Shown here piece after piece: positions 1-14,496 of a stretch of DNA of 64,000 nt. Made by a program: the position numbers and the translations under genes. The stretch spans positions 32,116,001-32,180,000 of the forward strand of contig OZ024753.1 of NCBI GenBank assembly GCA_964016885.1, written 5' to 3'. Positions within the stretch are counted from its first letter, which is position 1. Each line of letters begins with the position of its first letter. The stretch is from Eledone cirrhosa (taxonomy: Eukaryota). The notes below the pieces were generated by a model. It was not told the DNA's origin. It searched no databases and saw nothing but the letters and a program-made list of their open reading frames with translations.

Positions 1-329
1 AAATTGATTTATTCCTTCGGTCCCATTACTTCAAAATGTTAACCTTAAATCGCTTAGTATTTTGGTGTTGATTCTATCTAAGTGTGCTTGCTAGTGATAT
101 CAAGTTCAGTTAGAGTGTGGTTAAGGAACTGGGTTCAAAGTATGTTGAACAAGTTCTCTGTTTCAATAACAACATTTGGGTCAAAATATATACTAAAACG
201 TTTCAAATGTTAGCCTGGGAATAAATGATGCAGCTGAAGGGCGTTTTTAAAACAGGTTATGCCCTCTAGATTTCATCTTTTCCCAACCGAATCGACTGGA
301 CCGATCTAAAATAATGTATCACGTTCTAG

Positions 330-412
330 GAGACACCGTGCTACAGGTAATCGAACTCAGCCTTACGGTTGCGAGCCGAACACTGCAAAAAAACTAAAGT
401 ACATGCCTTCGG
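330..412 (-). mobile_element. tRNA-derived SINE head, family 2 (degenerate); similar heads near 1900-1985, 2015-2140, 10380-10495 and 20040-20150 (-), and 7886-8010 and 20975-21050 (+)
   Basis: Recurrent head GTGAAGGCRYRTGGCTTAGTGGTTAG...GTGAGTTCRAT with A-box/B-box-like motifs, followed by TGTGTCCTT...TTTATTTCACGTTGCTCC in the longer copies. Confidence 0.6.
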
Positions 413-818
413 GCATACAGACACACGTTATCTATATATATATATATACATCTATACACACGCACATTTATATAATATATATATTATTTATAAAAAAAAA
501 CACACACACACGTACTCAGACACACTTACATACATACTTATGAACAATATGCTTGCATGCTCGACAGCGATATCTACCATAAATGCATCAGTAGTATGTC
601 AAAAGAAATTTATAAGAATTTGTGATAAATGGCTTTTAAAATTCGATTTTCTTTAAATAGAAACTTTCTAAAGATATAGAAAGTTAGTAATTAGTTTAGA
701 AGGCAAAAGATTCTGAAAAACTGTCTTGTCAGCAATATGAATACGATAAAGCTACGTTTTATTAATAGACAATGAACTAAATTAATTAAAAAGAAAATGA
801 GAAACCATAATGCTATCG

Positions 819-819
<1 letters not shown>

Positions 820-894
<75 letters not shown>

Positions 895-905
895 TATATA
901 TACAT

Positions 906-936
<31 letters not shown>

Positions 937-939
937 CAT

Positions 940-970
<31 letters not shown>

Positions 971-1096
971 CATACACACACACACACACACATATATACA
1001 TACACACACACATTCATATATATATATATATACACACACCTATATATACATACACATATACACACACATATATATATACATACACACATATATGTA
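820..1096. repeat. Compound (TA)n/(CA)n microsatellite
   Basis: Directly visible; source of several spurious ORFs. Confidence 0.97.
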
Positions 1097-3284
1097 TAAA
1101 ATTCCTCTATCATACTTTTTAATTTATTCTATTTATTTAAAAAAAAATACTTTAGGAAATCTACTGCAACAAATGTGTTTAGTGCATCCATAAATACCAC
1201 ACTTCTTCCTATCTTAAATCTATTATTTTATTCAAAAGTGATTCGTTTTATATGCCTCGTGTTATCGTAGTATTTTGTTGACATAAAAATCATCTTTAAC
1301 CCCTCTGATGGCTAACAGGCTGAAACTACTTCAATTCTTATAATACAAATATCTTCGTTTTAAAATATTTGTATTCGCGTGAAAGCGTTATATCATAGTT
1401 TTATCTATGAGCCTTTCTCAAGTTATGATCCAAACACCTGAAACCATCCATATCACCTCGATACAAAGGTGTTTGCTTTTAAAGTGTTTATATTTATCTA
1501 AATGCACTCCACCATACTTTTATGTAAGAACGCTTCTTAATCTATGTTTCCAAATATCAGCTGAAAGCAGTTATACAGTTCTAACTTTTATTAGGACTGT
1601 GACCAGAGGTTTCATGGCATCTACTTGCAATCGGTGGGGCAGAGACGACCAATAGTCTCCTTGCTATACACAGAGCGCAGTGTTAGTTGATGAAATTCTG
1701 TCGCTTCCGTCTACGAATGTTCTAGTTGAGCAAACAATGAAATTGCCTGCTCATGATATTAACGTATAAATAGTTGAGATTCCACAAATACACGTACACT
1801 TCAAGAAGTTCTCAGGGAGATTCTGTGTGACACTGTGTGCGTCAAGGCTCGTAACTTTGAGTTACAAGGACAACTCATTTTTATACCAAATGTGTGGAAT
1901 GGGGTAACATCACCAGAAATCGAACTCATAACCTTAAGATCGTGAGCCGAATGTCCTAACCATTAAGTCATGTGCCTTCACACAGTGTCAATGACAATAT
2001 ATTTTCACTACAACGAGGACTGGAGCAATCTGAATTAAAGTGTCTCGCTGAAGGACACAATCCGCTGCCAAGAATAGAATTTACAACCTTACCATCGAGA
2101 GCTGAAGAACCTAAAGATTAAGCCTTTGTGCATTCACACAGTGTCAGGGACAAGTCATTGTCATTACAACGATTGACAGTCCAACAACATACCAACTTAA
2201 TCTCCACTCTTCACAGCGATCACATTGTTTAGCTGTAGAATATTTATCTCACACTTTGTTCTCGAAACACCATTAGCTGTAGCCTTCCCCGTTGTCTTAT
2301 TTTCTATACATACCTCAAGATCCACATAGAAATTAACAATGGGAAATCAACATCATAATTGGTAATAAGATTCATTATAAATAAAATAATTGAATTTCAC
2401 AGGATTTTAGGTTTAATTGCCAATTAAGTGCAACATATAAGTAAAAGGTTTATGAAGCAGCAAATGCATACATTTCCTTACAGATAACGGCGATGCAAAT
2501 CTTTTATGTAACGTTATGGTGATAATTACGTTGACAAATCATAATACATCAACAATATATCGTTGATAAGATCTCATTTCTTAAGAAACATCATATCAAA
2601 CAGATTTTATTCACAGTTAGGTATCAGCTACATTGATACAGAAATACGTTATGTTGGTGTAAAGTTAGAGACAGGTATGACGACCGAAACTTTGATTTCA
2701 ACGAGGGAACCAGTACACTGTTGCTCGATCTGCTAGAAACAGCAGCCGTATTTTACTAAATCCACGCCTTAATATGTAAAAAAAAAATCGAAATATAAAT
2801 TTGATAACGTAATTCTAGATATGAAATAATCCATAATGAACTGAAATATGCCTCTTAGTTGAAGAAATAAAACGGAACCTTAGTGGCAATTATTAGTAAC
2901 TGTCAAAGAAAGATAAAATAATTTACAAGAAATAGAAATTAATTAAATTTCCATAAAATTGAATTTTTATGCTTGGGGGGGAAATTTGATATTTTTTAGC
3001 AAGCAAAGTGTCAGCTCCAGAAATGTTGAATAAAAATTAATCTACTGAAGCCTTTTCCAATCAGTGTACATTGATTTCTACTAGTTGCTTCATTACAAAA
3101 GTCTTGCGAAGGGAAGGCAAATTGCTTAATGACAAAAATGTTATATAATTAAGGTGAGTGGTGATATACTGAAAGACCCATGCATATAAATTCTAATTGA
3201 ATTCAAAATTTCCCCCAAGCTAGAGAAAGAAAACAAAAATAAAATCAACAATTGCTAACAACTGTCGAAGAAAAAAATGGAGGC

Positions 3285-3700
3285 AATATCTAGCTGATTA
3301 AGTAATCACATATAAACTACCTAGTTGGCAAGGTAGCGTAGGATATGAGGGAGATTTAGCTGTTATGTCTAAGAAAGTCAAGCAATTATGTAGAGGCTCA
3401 ATTGTCGCCTCCTCTATATATTTAGCTAAGTGATGATAAACGTCTAGCTAAATGAAGATGATTAACCACACAGCTGCTCCCTCGTTTTGTCGGTAGGTTA
3501 TCGCATAAGAGGAATTCAGCTACTATTTCAAGGGATGTCAAGCATTGGCTTGGCTCCTCTATATATTTCAAGTAAAGAGGTTCACAAACAAGGATGCTCC
3601 TTCGTTAGTTTGGTAGGAAGAGATATGAGGGAAATTAGGCTGCTATGTCTAGCAAATCAAGCAATAATGTAAAGGCTCCTCATTTGCTCTATACATTTCA
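3285..3700 (+). repeat. Degenerate tandem repeat, 3-4 units of about 120 bp
   Basis: Recurring GAGG(G)A.AT...GCT.(C/T)TAT.TC.A...GTCAAGCA...GGCTC...CTCTATA.ATTT motif near 3345, 3505 and 3625. Confidence 0.5.
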
Positions 3701-3829
3701 TGTAAGGAGGGTCGAGGTATCTTGCTTGAATTGAAACCATTGTAGAATTTCCATAACAATAGAGTCCAAGGTAGAAAGTCTGATATTATAGACACGCGAA
3801 GATTATGTTTCTGTTAGCAAATATACAAG

Positions 3830-3990
3830 GCGGCCATTTGTAGAGTCGTTAAAACTTTGGATAGAATGCTTTACGATATTTCTTTCGGCCCTCTGCTCTC
3901 TGAATTCAAAATCCCACATTAGTCAACTCTGCCTTTCATCCTTTAGAGGTCGATAAAAAAAATGTACCATTCTAGTACTGGGGTAGATTC
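3830..3990 (+). mobile_element. tRNA-derived SINE family 1, old copy
   Basis: TGAATTCAAAATCC B-box-like motif, then core GCCTTTCATCCTTTAGAGGTCGATAAAA...GTACCA. Confidence 0.7.
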
Positions 3991-6029
3991 TTCCTCTATA
4001 TCTCTTTCTCACTCTCTCATTCCTACTCCTCTAAAAGAAATCGACTGTGTTCAGACCTGGGGAGGAAAATGTCCAAGAATGTCACCAAGTGTTACGGGTA
4101 TATACATATATTAAAAATGCAATCAATATACTTTAAAAGCGATGAGAAAATTATGAAATTTGAATGTATGTAAATGTAACTGCTTTGGTTAATAAAAAAT
4201 AGAGGAACATGTTGGGCATATAAGCTACTAGAGACGGAAAGAGTGGATAGCATCATGTGTGAAACATGATTTTAACAGACCTGTTAACTCTCCCCGTCCT
4301 ACGAGAAGATCTCCCACCCACTTTGAGGTGGGTGAGAGATGTATTCTTTTATGAAAATCAGTATAGCTTTCATTATGTATAATCTCCTCAATTTGCCTCA
4401 TTTCTCCTCGTTTAGGGGCATTTCTTTTCATGGTACTTCCCGTTTAGGTTTTTAGAGGTTGGCCGGTCTGTTTTAAGCTAACATACATTCCAAATTTACA
4501 AACAATGTGACGCAAAAGCGGTGAATTGGCAGAAAAGTTACAACGTCAGATAGAATGCTTCGTGGCATTTCACCTCTCTGAGGTTTCTATACATATAATT
4601 TATAGCGTATTTCTACAACAGACATTTGAAAATGAAGTTTTCAACACACACTTCCTCCGTAAAAGGTCAGCTAATTAATATACATCCACCAATTATCTCA
4701 AGTAGCCCATCCATCAAACTTGGTATGCAGAATACTTGTGCCAAGCTACGTCAGTTTAAAACAAAAACTACTTCAATAATTAATTAAATATTCAAATTAG
4801 TTCATTATATACTGAAATCTGAAATATGCAAAGTAGCCAGAATATTGTTTTATATTTTTTTTCAAATTTGTATCCCTATTGCATTCCTCAATATGTGTGA
4901 ATAATACATTTGTTAATCTGCCAAGATTAACCCATTATTTTGATAGAATTTACACGCAGTTAAGCCTCTGCGTCACTTCCCTGTTTGCACACAAAACTGA
5001 CCAAAATTATAGATTTTTAAAAAATACTTTTGCGTAGGATGATATTCTCGAAGATGATGCACAATTACACAATTTATGAGTAGACAAAAGGAATAAATTC
5101 GTATCTACTTTTTTTTTTTATCACAAATCACGTCTTGATTTTATACCCTCAAACAAAAAAAAAGGCATCATTATATGTGCACCATGAGTAAGTGTGGATA
5201 TCTGATGTATTGTAAATACGTTCATATACGTAATTATATTTCATAGCGTGTTTCAATTTATATAGAAGAAAATTCAAATCGTGCCAACCCCCAGAAGTTT
5301 TTTTTTAATATACATAATTTCGTTCCCAAATGAAATTTGTTGTCAAGAACCTTCAATTATTCCTTATAAAGAACTGAATGAATTATAGCATAATTATGCA
5401 AATAGGATAGAAACAGCGACGTGATAAATTAGTTAGAAATTCAATAATTGATCCAGTCTAATAAATTTCACACTTATCTATTTTGTGTATGTGTGTATGT
5501 CCGAACGAGTATCTTTCACCTCCAACTAGCTTCGCCTTCGCCTCTTGGTCCTGGTCGACAGGATGGATAGTACATTGCCCCGGAAGACGGCAATGTGCGG
5601 AACTCGCACCTGATGGCAGCCAATTCCGCTCTGATAGCAGTGAGCAGGGGTGTGTTCCGGGTGCCAAGAACGCCAGAAATTTCGAAAGAGGGCGGCCAAT
5701 ACTTCGACAGTTTTCCCTCTTCGGCCGTGAGGGAAGCAGAGCCTGGGCTTGTGGCAGGTCGCAACAGGTTACCACTGGAGAATGTCTCATTGAATATAGC
5801 ATTCCAGATGAGGGACCTATCTCCCGGAACGGGAAGATTGTCATGCGGCGTGACCTTTTACCATCCCTTCGGTCCAGCGCCGCTGTCTTGCTTCATTATA
5901 TCGTTGAGAGCAGCATGAGGTGACCAGCACTATAACATGACGTCACCGACGAAAGGAAAGTAGCCAGTGTCTCACCATGTCTCAACACAGCCGATTTCTT
6001 ACTGAGAAAGAAAATGTAAAGAAAAAAAA

Positions 6030-6045
6030 AGAAAAAGGAGAGAGG

Positions 6046-6098
<53 letters not shown>

Positions 6099-6166
6099 AG
6101 CAAGAGAGAAAGAGAGAGAGAGAGAAAAGGAGCGAGAGAGAAAAGGAGCAAGAGAGAAAAGGAGCA

Positions 6167-6197
<31 letters not shown>

Positions 6198-6232
6198 AGG
6201 AGCAAGAGAGAAAGAGAGAGAGAGAGAGAAAG
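6030..6232. repeat. (GA)n purine tract with GAAAAGGAGCAAGAGA subunits
   Basis: Directly visible. Confidence 0.95.
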
Positions 6233-6397
6233 AATCTCCCTTCGTACAGAACAGGTACTTATTTTATCAACTCAAAATGGATGAAAGGCAATATTGAGCT
6301 TGGAGGGGTTTGAACTGAGAGCGCACAGAGCCGAAACAAAAACCGCAAAATATTCTATCCAACGTTCTAACGGCTCTGACAATACCCTGCTCTCAAA

Positions 6398-7035
6398 TCT
6401 ATTTATATAAAGCTGTGGTTGTCTGTCTGTCTATCGATTTTTGGCACACATCTCCTCTTAGAATCTCTGATGGAATTGCACCGAAATTGCTATACTTGTA
6501 CATTGAGCCCTAGCGAAGACATCGGAAAAAGAATATTTCAAATTGACCCACCCTATGTGACGAAATCGAATCTAATGTATCGATTTTTGAGCGTAAATGA
6601 CGAGTTATTTCCCTTTGTTCTGTTTACATTTTCTGCGTGCAAAAATAAAAAAAAATTACGCTGGCTTTCTCAGCGTTTAAAATGACATTAACACAATACA
6701 CGAACAGTTGTCGAGCCAGCAAAATTTTGACCTGCAAAATTCATCAGTTCGAACACTAAGCTTCCGTTTTGCTTCATTTCCATTTAAAAGCCTTTTAAAA
6801 CAATATTTTTACTTGAAAACAAGTCTATTTAAAGACTACGTAAAACAAGCAAATATTTCGTAAAAAAAAAAGCAAAAATTATATAAGTTTATTTAAAATA
6901 TATGTATCTGTAAATTTCGTTAGGCGTGCAGACAGACAGTCGTGCAGAAAGACTTTAAGCCAAAAAAGAAACTTAACATTGTAACTTTAACACAGCTACT
7001 GAGCTACCCCGAGCAACGCCGGGCTTTACTGCTAG
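6398..7035 (+). mobile_element. Non-autonomous Helitron
   Basis: 5' TC (TCTATTTATATAAAG...GTCTGTCTGTCT), subterminal hairpin CCCGAGCAACGCCGGG, 3' CTAG, inserted between A6397 and T7036 with no TSD. Confidence 0.85.
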
Positions 7036-7836
7036 TAATAAATAAATCAATAAGATAACATACGAGACTGAAATACTTACTGAGAACAATAGGATCTATA
7101 ACATTCCTGGAAGGTGGTGACCTTGCTTCAAATCAGTAGAATGTGTAAATTAATAAAAGAACAATTCCCTTAATAACTTATAGGGCATATGCTATTTATA
7201 TGCTTAGATTTTGATTTTCGTACAAAAAAAACGAAGGCAACGTAATTTATACAGAATAATTCTTAGAATTGTAAGGGGTCAATTCCTTTCTCGGGTCATC
7301 GTATAGTGTTTCTGAATTTTACAAATTAATTAATGCTTAACCTTTAGCGATAGGGACAATCAGTTTGATAAATATATATATAATCTGATTAACTTTATGG
7401 ACGATAACAGGGCAACTTCCAAGAAGAGAAGCTGAGAAGCTATTGGTGCCAAACTTGCGTCCAGAAATACATAATTTATAGTTAATGTTCCAGCGGTAAT
7501 TTTCACAGAATTTACCCATAATTAATATTACTATTATAAATTAAATATAACCATATTCCACAGACTCACTGTCTTTCGGTCAGTCCCCAATGCTAGATTT
7601 CGCTTCCAAAATTAAAGTAAACAGCTCAAAGGTAATTGTAAATAAATTTCTATGTTTAGCAAAGCTAAAAACGATAATAGTTTATGGAAACACAAAGTAA
7701 GATAAAAGAAAATAAGAACTTTAGCGTATAAAACTATCAATGTTATGCTTGGTAAATATCGATTTACTGTTAATCTATCATAAAATCTATACTTTTTCTT
7801 ATCTTTCTTAGTTTTACACACACACATAGACAATAT

Positions 7837-7867
<31 letters not shown>

Positions 7868-8906
7868 ATACACACATACATACAGGTGAAAGCACATGGC
7901 TTAGTGGTTAGATAGTTGGATTCATAATCGTGAGGCTGTGAGTTCAATTTTAGGACGAGGGGATGTGTTGTGTCCTTTATTTCACGTTGCTCCGGTTTCA
8001 CTCAAGAAATGAGTTGTGACGGCACTGATGCCTTTCCCTTGGATGATATCGAAGGAAAGAAGAGACAAAAACACCTTGCCTTATACAAACGGAGATCGAA
8101 GGCTGTTCGTCCTTAAGGAACCAAGGGAGATAATTCTCACTGCGAAATATTTATAAATGTATATGTGTTTCTTAGTGTGCAAGTTATTCTGCAAGCACAC
8201 AAACATTTATATAGTCATATCAAATATTTATATATATAATTATAGATAACATGATATTGGGAATACGTTCCTGTCTAAGTATGTATCCAGGTATGTCATA
8301 TTTTGATATATACATCAGACTACAGTAACATAATGGAGACGGACATTTTCTGTAGAATATACCCCTAGAGATAGCTAACTGTCATATGAGTGAAGAACAT
8401 AATCTCTTATAAGCTATCAGATAGATTTCAAACCCAATCTACCCGAGAAGATATCATATCAGAGTAAATATATTTATTTCTCTTTTTCCAAAAGCACAAC
8501 GGTTTCACTGTTTATAATGATAATCTTCGTTTGTTAGATCTAATCACACCATTCTGCTTGTTGTTACCTTTTCAACAGGCGATACTGGCACCAGAATTGA
8601 ACTTCGGTATTGGTTTAGTATTAGCTTCAGTACTAGCTTTAATCATTAGATTGCGGCCATGATGAGGCACAGCCATAAAGGAAGTTTCGTTGGTCATATT
8701 TACTCCACTACTCATTTCATGTTTGGTATATATTTTATCCAAATCTTTTTTGTCTAAGCACTAGGTTACAAGTCATAAACAAGCAGTAAACGTAAAGACG
8801 GCCATGGAAACCTGAACACACATATATATATATTGGCCAGCGTTAAGAAAGAATGAGTATAACTTTTATTGCGGGACATGCGGGAATGGAAGTGGACGCA
8901 ACATAA

Positions 8907-9045
8907 ATAATTGTTTCTACGTTGGGCACAAGGACAGCAATTACCCAGTGCATTACTGGTACTTTATTTTATCGACCCCGTGAGGATGAAAGGCAAAGTT
9001 AACCTTGGCGGGATTTGAACTCGGAATGGCAAGGGCCGTAACTCT
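8907..9045 (-). mobile_element. SINE family 1, young subfamily, 5'-truncated
   Basis: Reverse complement of B box GAGTTCAAATCC, core and 3' end ...CTTGTGCCCAACGTAGAAACAAT. Confidence 0.85.
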
Positions 9046-10729
9046 ATACGTCATATATAATGATAGGAGGCAGTAAGGATGCTTAAGGAGTACTTGATTG
9101 GGGCTTGAACAAATTCAGCATGCTTTAAAGAACAAATATTATTTTAGTAAATTTAGACGAGCCACCGCATACGGGAACCAATGGCTGGGGTGTGTCAGTT
9201 AGTGACTTTAAAGTGATAAGCTGAGTGGGTCATCTTTTTGGATGCATCAGCCACTCCACTACGTGAGGCTTCATCTGCAGGCGTGATGCTCTTGTTTAGA
9301 TTCGGAAGACAGAAACGGCAGCCCGGGGACCAGAGGCCTCAATGTGGACTCTGACATTAAAAGAAACCACGCAGTCAATGTCTGTTGTTTGGAAACTGCA
9401 GTAATTCTTTACTATCAGCTGTTAAAAAAAAATTTGATGACATATCACACAGCTTTAGTATGTTGCACTGTACACTGCTGATAAATAATGTAGTAGTAGT
9501 AGTAGTAGTCGGAGGTATGTTTGTCTCGAAGATTCAATATATCGTCACAGAGAAATCTGCTTTGTTACACATTAAATACAAATAGCTGCAGGAGTGAATA
9601 TTCTTGTGTAAACCAAGTTCTTCGATATTTAAATAAGTATATTCGATTGCGAGGCAAACAAAAATCACGCCATTATTATTAGAAGCAAGCTGCTTGGTGT
9701 ACGGACATTTTTCCTACTCTTCCATAAAAATGAATAATTGATTTTCAGGAAGAGCGAGGAGGGAAATATAAACAATAGAAGAGATGCTGAAAAGAAAAAG
9801 AAAATTTCTAAAAGCAGCACCACTGATTCGATGCGTACAACAGTTGGCGATAAATACTGCTACATTTACTACTAATCATGCATAGCTTAATTGTCAAGCA
9901 ACTTCTTTACGCAGCTCCCATTAAAAAGGCAAAAAAAAAAAATAAATAGCTACAAAAAAGAAAATCTAAGTTTGGCATTATATACATATGTTTGGGTCAG
10001 TGATTTTCTTTAGATAAGTACACTTGATTTAGTTTCGAAATACAGAAGAGGTTTGAGTAGATTAGGTTAGCTGAAAACCTATAAACATGACGCGAATCTT
10101 AAATGTATTGTGCACTTGTAGAATCACCTGAGAGAAGTCGCAATGTGGACGGATTCAAACATTGAAAAGCATAAAACAAAATGTCTTATCTAGTGAATGT
10201 TTATGTTTAGATGCATTGATTTAAAGTGAGCTTTCGTGGACACAAGCATCACTGTGCAGTTAAAAAAAAAACGCTTCGAAAGTACGAGAGATCGAATTCG
10301 TTTCGCAAATTTCAAATATGGATTAATTAAACCTTGTGAGAGGAATTTGAAGATGGTAACTGTATGAGCAAACTTGAGGGACATGAAATAAAGTGTCTTG
10401 TACAAGGATACAACGCATCACTCGATACAGGAATCAAATACACAATCTCACGATTGCAAGCCCAACGTTCTAACTATCAAACCACGCGCCTTCACTGACA
10501 CAATGATTTCTTAAAAACTGTCCTGTGTGTCACTTGTATTTTCTCAATATTTCTCTAAGGTTTTAACTGTTATATAATGAAGCCGGTTTGATTATATATT
10601 CACTCGATACAGGCCAGTGGGGGTGTTTTTCACTGAATTAAACATTAACACAGAAATTCTCTGACACTCCACAAATAAATGTCACGTGTCGGTTTTGACG
10701 ATGAGTTTCAGTTATATAGGATTATTAAT

Positions 10730-10862
10730 AGTTTTTAATTCAGATACAACCATAATATTTTAGGAGGAAAGGCGAGGAAAAAGTCAATTTATATCGACCC
10801 CCAGTACTTCATTGGTACTTTATTTTATCGGCCCTGGAAGGATGAAAGGAAAAGTTGACCAA
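10730..10862 (-). mobile_element. SINE family 1, older long subfamily
   Basis: GGTACTTTATTTTATCG...GGATGAAAGG core in reverse. Confidence 0.7.
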
Positions 10863-13202
10863 CGTTGTAACTAAATGATTCAAGCATTAGCTCCGGACCT
10901 CTAATGATTCTGACACCACTAGTGATATTTTATTACAAGCTTCATTTCCATAAAACATTAGCACTTATTAATACCTATTTCAAATGGGAACGGAAATTAT
11001 CACATCTATTTATTTACCCGAAATTTGCATCGTATTCTATGCAATTTTCTAAACGATGTAGCAACAATTGCTGCTGATTTCGCTTGGAATTCAGGTTTCA
11101 AAGGAAGCAGGCGTTTTTATAATCGAATGAATAAGCATAGGAGTTGTTATTTTCTTTATTTGATAGATTGTTTGTTTTGTTTGTATTAGAGGAGGATAAA
11201 AGTTAAATGTTGACACTAAAAGGATAGCAATAAAGAATCTCGACAAAACTAAACACTATAAATATCTTTATATTATTCAAATATTTTTAGAACTCGTGAA
11301 AGTACATAAAATGTTGTAAAAAGCATTATACAAACATTTCTACACTAATTAAATTTCAATAAATATTATAGCTCCTATCATCTAAAGAATACTTCAAAAT
11401 TTCTCGTACTTTGAGGACTTAGAAATGTGTTATATATACCATCCCAACATTCGCTGACATCAACATCTTCAAATAACATGAAAATCATGTTAGAAATTTT
11501 TGCATAATTCAAGAGGGAGAGAATTACGCTTCACGGGGTATCCATTCTTGCATAATATTTTAATCGATCTAAATTTCATTCAGCGTTTTAAGAGTTATTA
11601 ATGTCGAAACTGTTTCAAGATTTTCAGCGACAACAAGTATTATTCAGAACAAGAGTAGTAGAATTGACAGCATCTGTAGATAGTTGGACAAAATGTTTTG
11701 CGGCATTTAGCTACTGACCTTTAAGTTCTTCCAAGGTCGACACGGTAAAGTAGCAGGCAAGTATTGGTTCAATATAATCGAATATCTACCCTTCCTCAAA
11801 AATTGCTAGCCTTGTGTCAATATTAGAAACAATTATTCAGAAAGAAAAAAATTCCCCGGATTGAACAATAGAACAAAGAACCCAATATATGGTTGTTTGA
11901 TATGCGAAAAATAACAGGTAAATTTTATTCAAATCTTAGCCTAACCATTAAAATAAAAATAGAAATACACGCTGGACCTAATATAGACAACTATGATCGA
12001 GGATGGAACATACTTGATCATAGGTCAGTTCGATCAAGGCTTACCTGGTGTTAAATAACAATAACGAAAGAAACAACAATAGTATCTCTCTCTCTATTCT
12101 TTCCCTGGTGTCATTCGATAACAAATCCCTGCATAGATTTTTAACTGCTACCCATCAAACATTACTTTGAAATTTAGATTTACATTTAAAAATGCAAATT
12201 GATGCAAAACAAAATATAGTGGACCCGCATCTTACACGGTAAACTGATTCGTCAACGTTATGGCGTTATTAAAATACAACAAACAAGCAACAAATAAAAA
12301 CATCTTGCGTTCAAAGCCCTCATATAAAAGTGTATATCTACAGAGATATTTTGGAGGAAGCATATATTTAGGTTCTCTGGAGGTTGAAAACATCTCAGGA
12401 GAAGTTAGGGGTTAGAAGTTTATCACTTATATTAACTGATACGGTTTTGTGTGGATAAGGGGGTTAAGAGATTTACAGCCTCATGGGAATTAATCAAAAA
12501 TAATTTTTCATACAGCGTATGTTCGAAACCGTACCAAATAATCCTGCATAAAATACGGGTTCATTGTAAACTGACATGATTTAAAATTTAGTGCAAGACG
12601 CATCTTTATAAATCTACAACTTAGCTGCGAATGAAAAATGGAAAACGGTGGGGAAATTTGACAGAAATAATTCCATTTAAGTTAATGTAGATCTTCTTTG
12701 TCGACGTTTATTGCTAGTCGAAGACATTTTATATCTTCTGATAGACACACTTGACAGTTGAAATCGTTTGTTTATAAAAGAAACTCACACAGACAAATAC
12801 GCATACATGCACACACAAATATATATATATATATATATATATAGGCGATGAATTAGTTTTGCGAGGTTTTTTATATGAAATCGTGTGTCGAAACAGATAT
12901 TGTTATATTTGGGGAGGGTCATATTTGCGTAATATTGCCAGAATTAATAACAGAACACACTCACTGTTTGGTTGGTTTTCGCTTCTCGCTGTCTTTTATA
13001 TATATGTATCTGCGATCTAACTTACTCGGTCCTCAATGTTGCCATTGACTGACCGGCGGTCAAAAATAATACAGATACAATATAGACAAACACATATATA
13101 TATAGTTTACATAAATCTTTCGTTGCACATCTGCAACATCGTCAGTGGTGTTATATTCATTGTTCCTCCTGTTGTGTTGTATGTCTACGCCATTTTTTTT
13201 TT

Positions 13203-13354
13203 TTGTTCAGTCTGGATGTGGTGTCACTGTACCCACCCATCAACATCGATCCCGCTGCGAAAAGATGTGCGGAGACGATCACTGAGAGCGAGGTGGAGCC
13301 CTGCGACGTCGACACAGACGAACTGGGCCCCCCACTTAGACTTACCTACGACAC
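13203..13354 (+). pseudogene. Fragment of a PLE-type reverse transcriptase (motif A region)
   Basis: FSLDVVSLYPPINID...CAETITESEVEPCDVDTDELG resembles the PLE RT motif S(L/F/M)DVxSLY(P/T)xI and the helix after it. Confidence 0.7.
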
Positions 13355-13460
13355 TCGCAGCGGGATCGATGTTGATGGGTGGGTACAGTGACACCACATC
13401 CAGACTGAACAAAAAAAAATGGCGTAGACATACAACACAACAGGAGGAACAATGAATATA

Positions 13461-13505
13461 ACACCACTGACGATGTTGCAGATGTGCAACGAAAGATTTA
13501 TGTAA
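13461..13505 (+). ncRNA. Minimal hammerhead ribozyme motif (mirror copy 13108-13151 on -)
   Basis: CTGACGA t GTTGCA-gatg-TGCAAC GAAA gatt TA; perfect 6-bp stem II, weak stem I. Confidence 0.75.
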
Positions 13506-13707
13506 ACTATATATATATGTGTTTGTCTATATTGTATCTGTATTATTTTTGACCGCCGGTCAGTCAATGGCAACATTGAGGACCGAGTAAGTTAGATCGC
13601 AGATACATATATATAAAAGACAGCGAGAAGCGAAAACCAACCAAACAGTGAGTGTGTTCTGTTATTAATTCTGGCAATATTACGCAAATATGACCCTCCC
13701 CAAATAT

Positions 13708-13780
<73 letters not shown>

Positions 13781-13799
13781 GAGAGAGACACGTGCACAT

Positions 13800-13960
13800 G
13801 TACACACACACACACACACACAAATATATATACATACATATATTTATATACATATGCGCATAAACACACACATACATACATAGACAAATACCTGAAGAAA
13901 TGGCATATTTAGACATAAACATACATATGCACATATATACACAGCCACCAACACACACAC

Positions 13961-14021
<61 letters not shown>

Positions 14022-14143
14022 TATATATACATATATATACATATGCGCATAAACACACACATACATACATAGACAAATACCTGAAGAAATGGCATATTTA
14101 GACATAAACATACATATGCACATATATACACAGCCACCAACAC

Positions 14144-14204
<61 letters not shown>

Positions 14205-14449
14205 TATATATACATATATATACATATGCGCATAAACACACACATACATATATAGACAAATGCCTGCACAAATGGCATATTTGCACATAAACATACATAT
14301 GCACATATACACACAGCCACCAACACACACACACACACAAACATATATATATATATATACATATGCGCATAAACACACACATACATACACAAATGCCTTC
14401 ACAAATGGCCTATTTACACACAAACATACATATGCACATATACACACAG

Positions 14450-14496
<47 letters not shown>

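Larger units (their letters stand above)
12843..13715 (-). mobile_element. PLE hairpin insertion, family B: tail 12843-12896, arms 12897-13260 and 13355-13715, 94-nt loop
   Basis: About 360-bp inverted repeat, identical by eye except a poly-T length; flanked by (TA)n; contains a hammerhead core and an RT motif fragment. Confidence 0.85.

Noticed and set aside
1295-1395. CTGATGG...GAAA hammerhead-like motif (also CTGAAAA near 712)
   Set aside because: Core is degenerate with no convincing stems or inverted partner
8545-8615. Possible micro-exon after TTTTCAACAG; isolated donor-like sites near 16550 and 63240
   Set aside because: Splice-like motifs alone are expected by chance; no coding signal
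9160-9400. GC-elevated stretch as a candidate exon
   Set aside because: Stops in the frames examined and no recognisable motif
13036-13576. Paired ORFs with identical N-termini on opposite strands
   Set aside because: A consequence of the palindrome; only the RT motif fragment is meaningful
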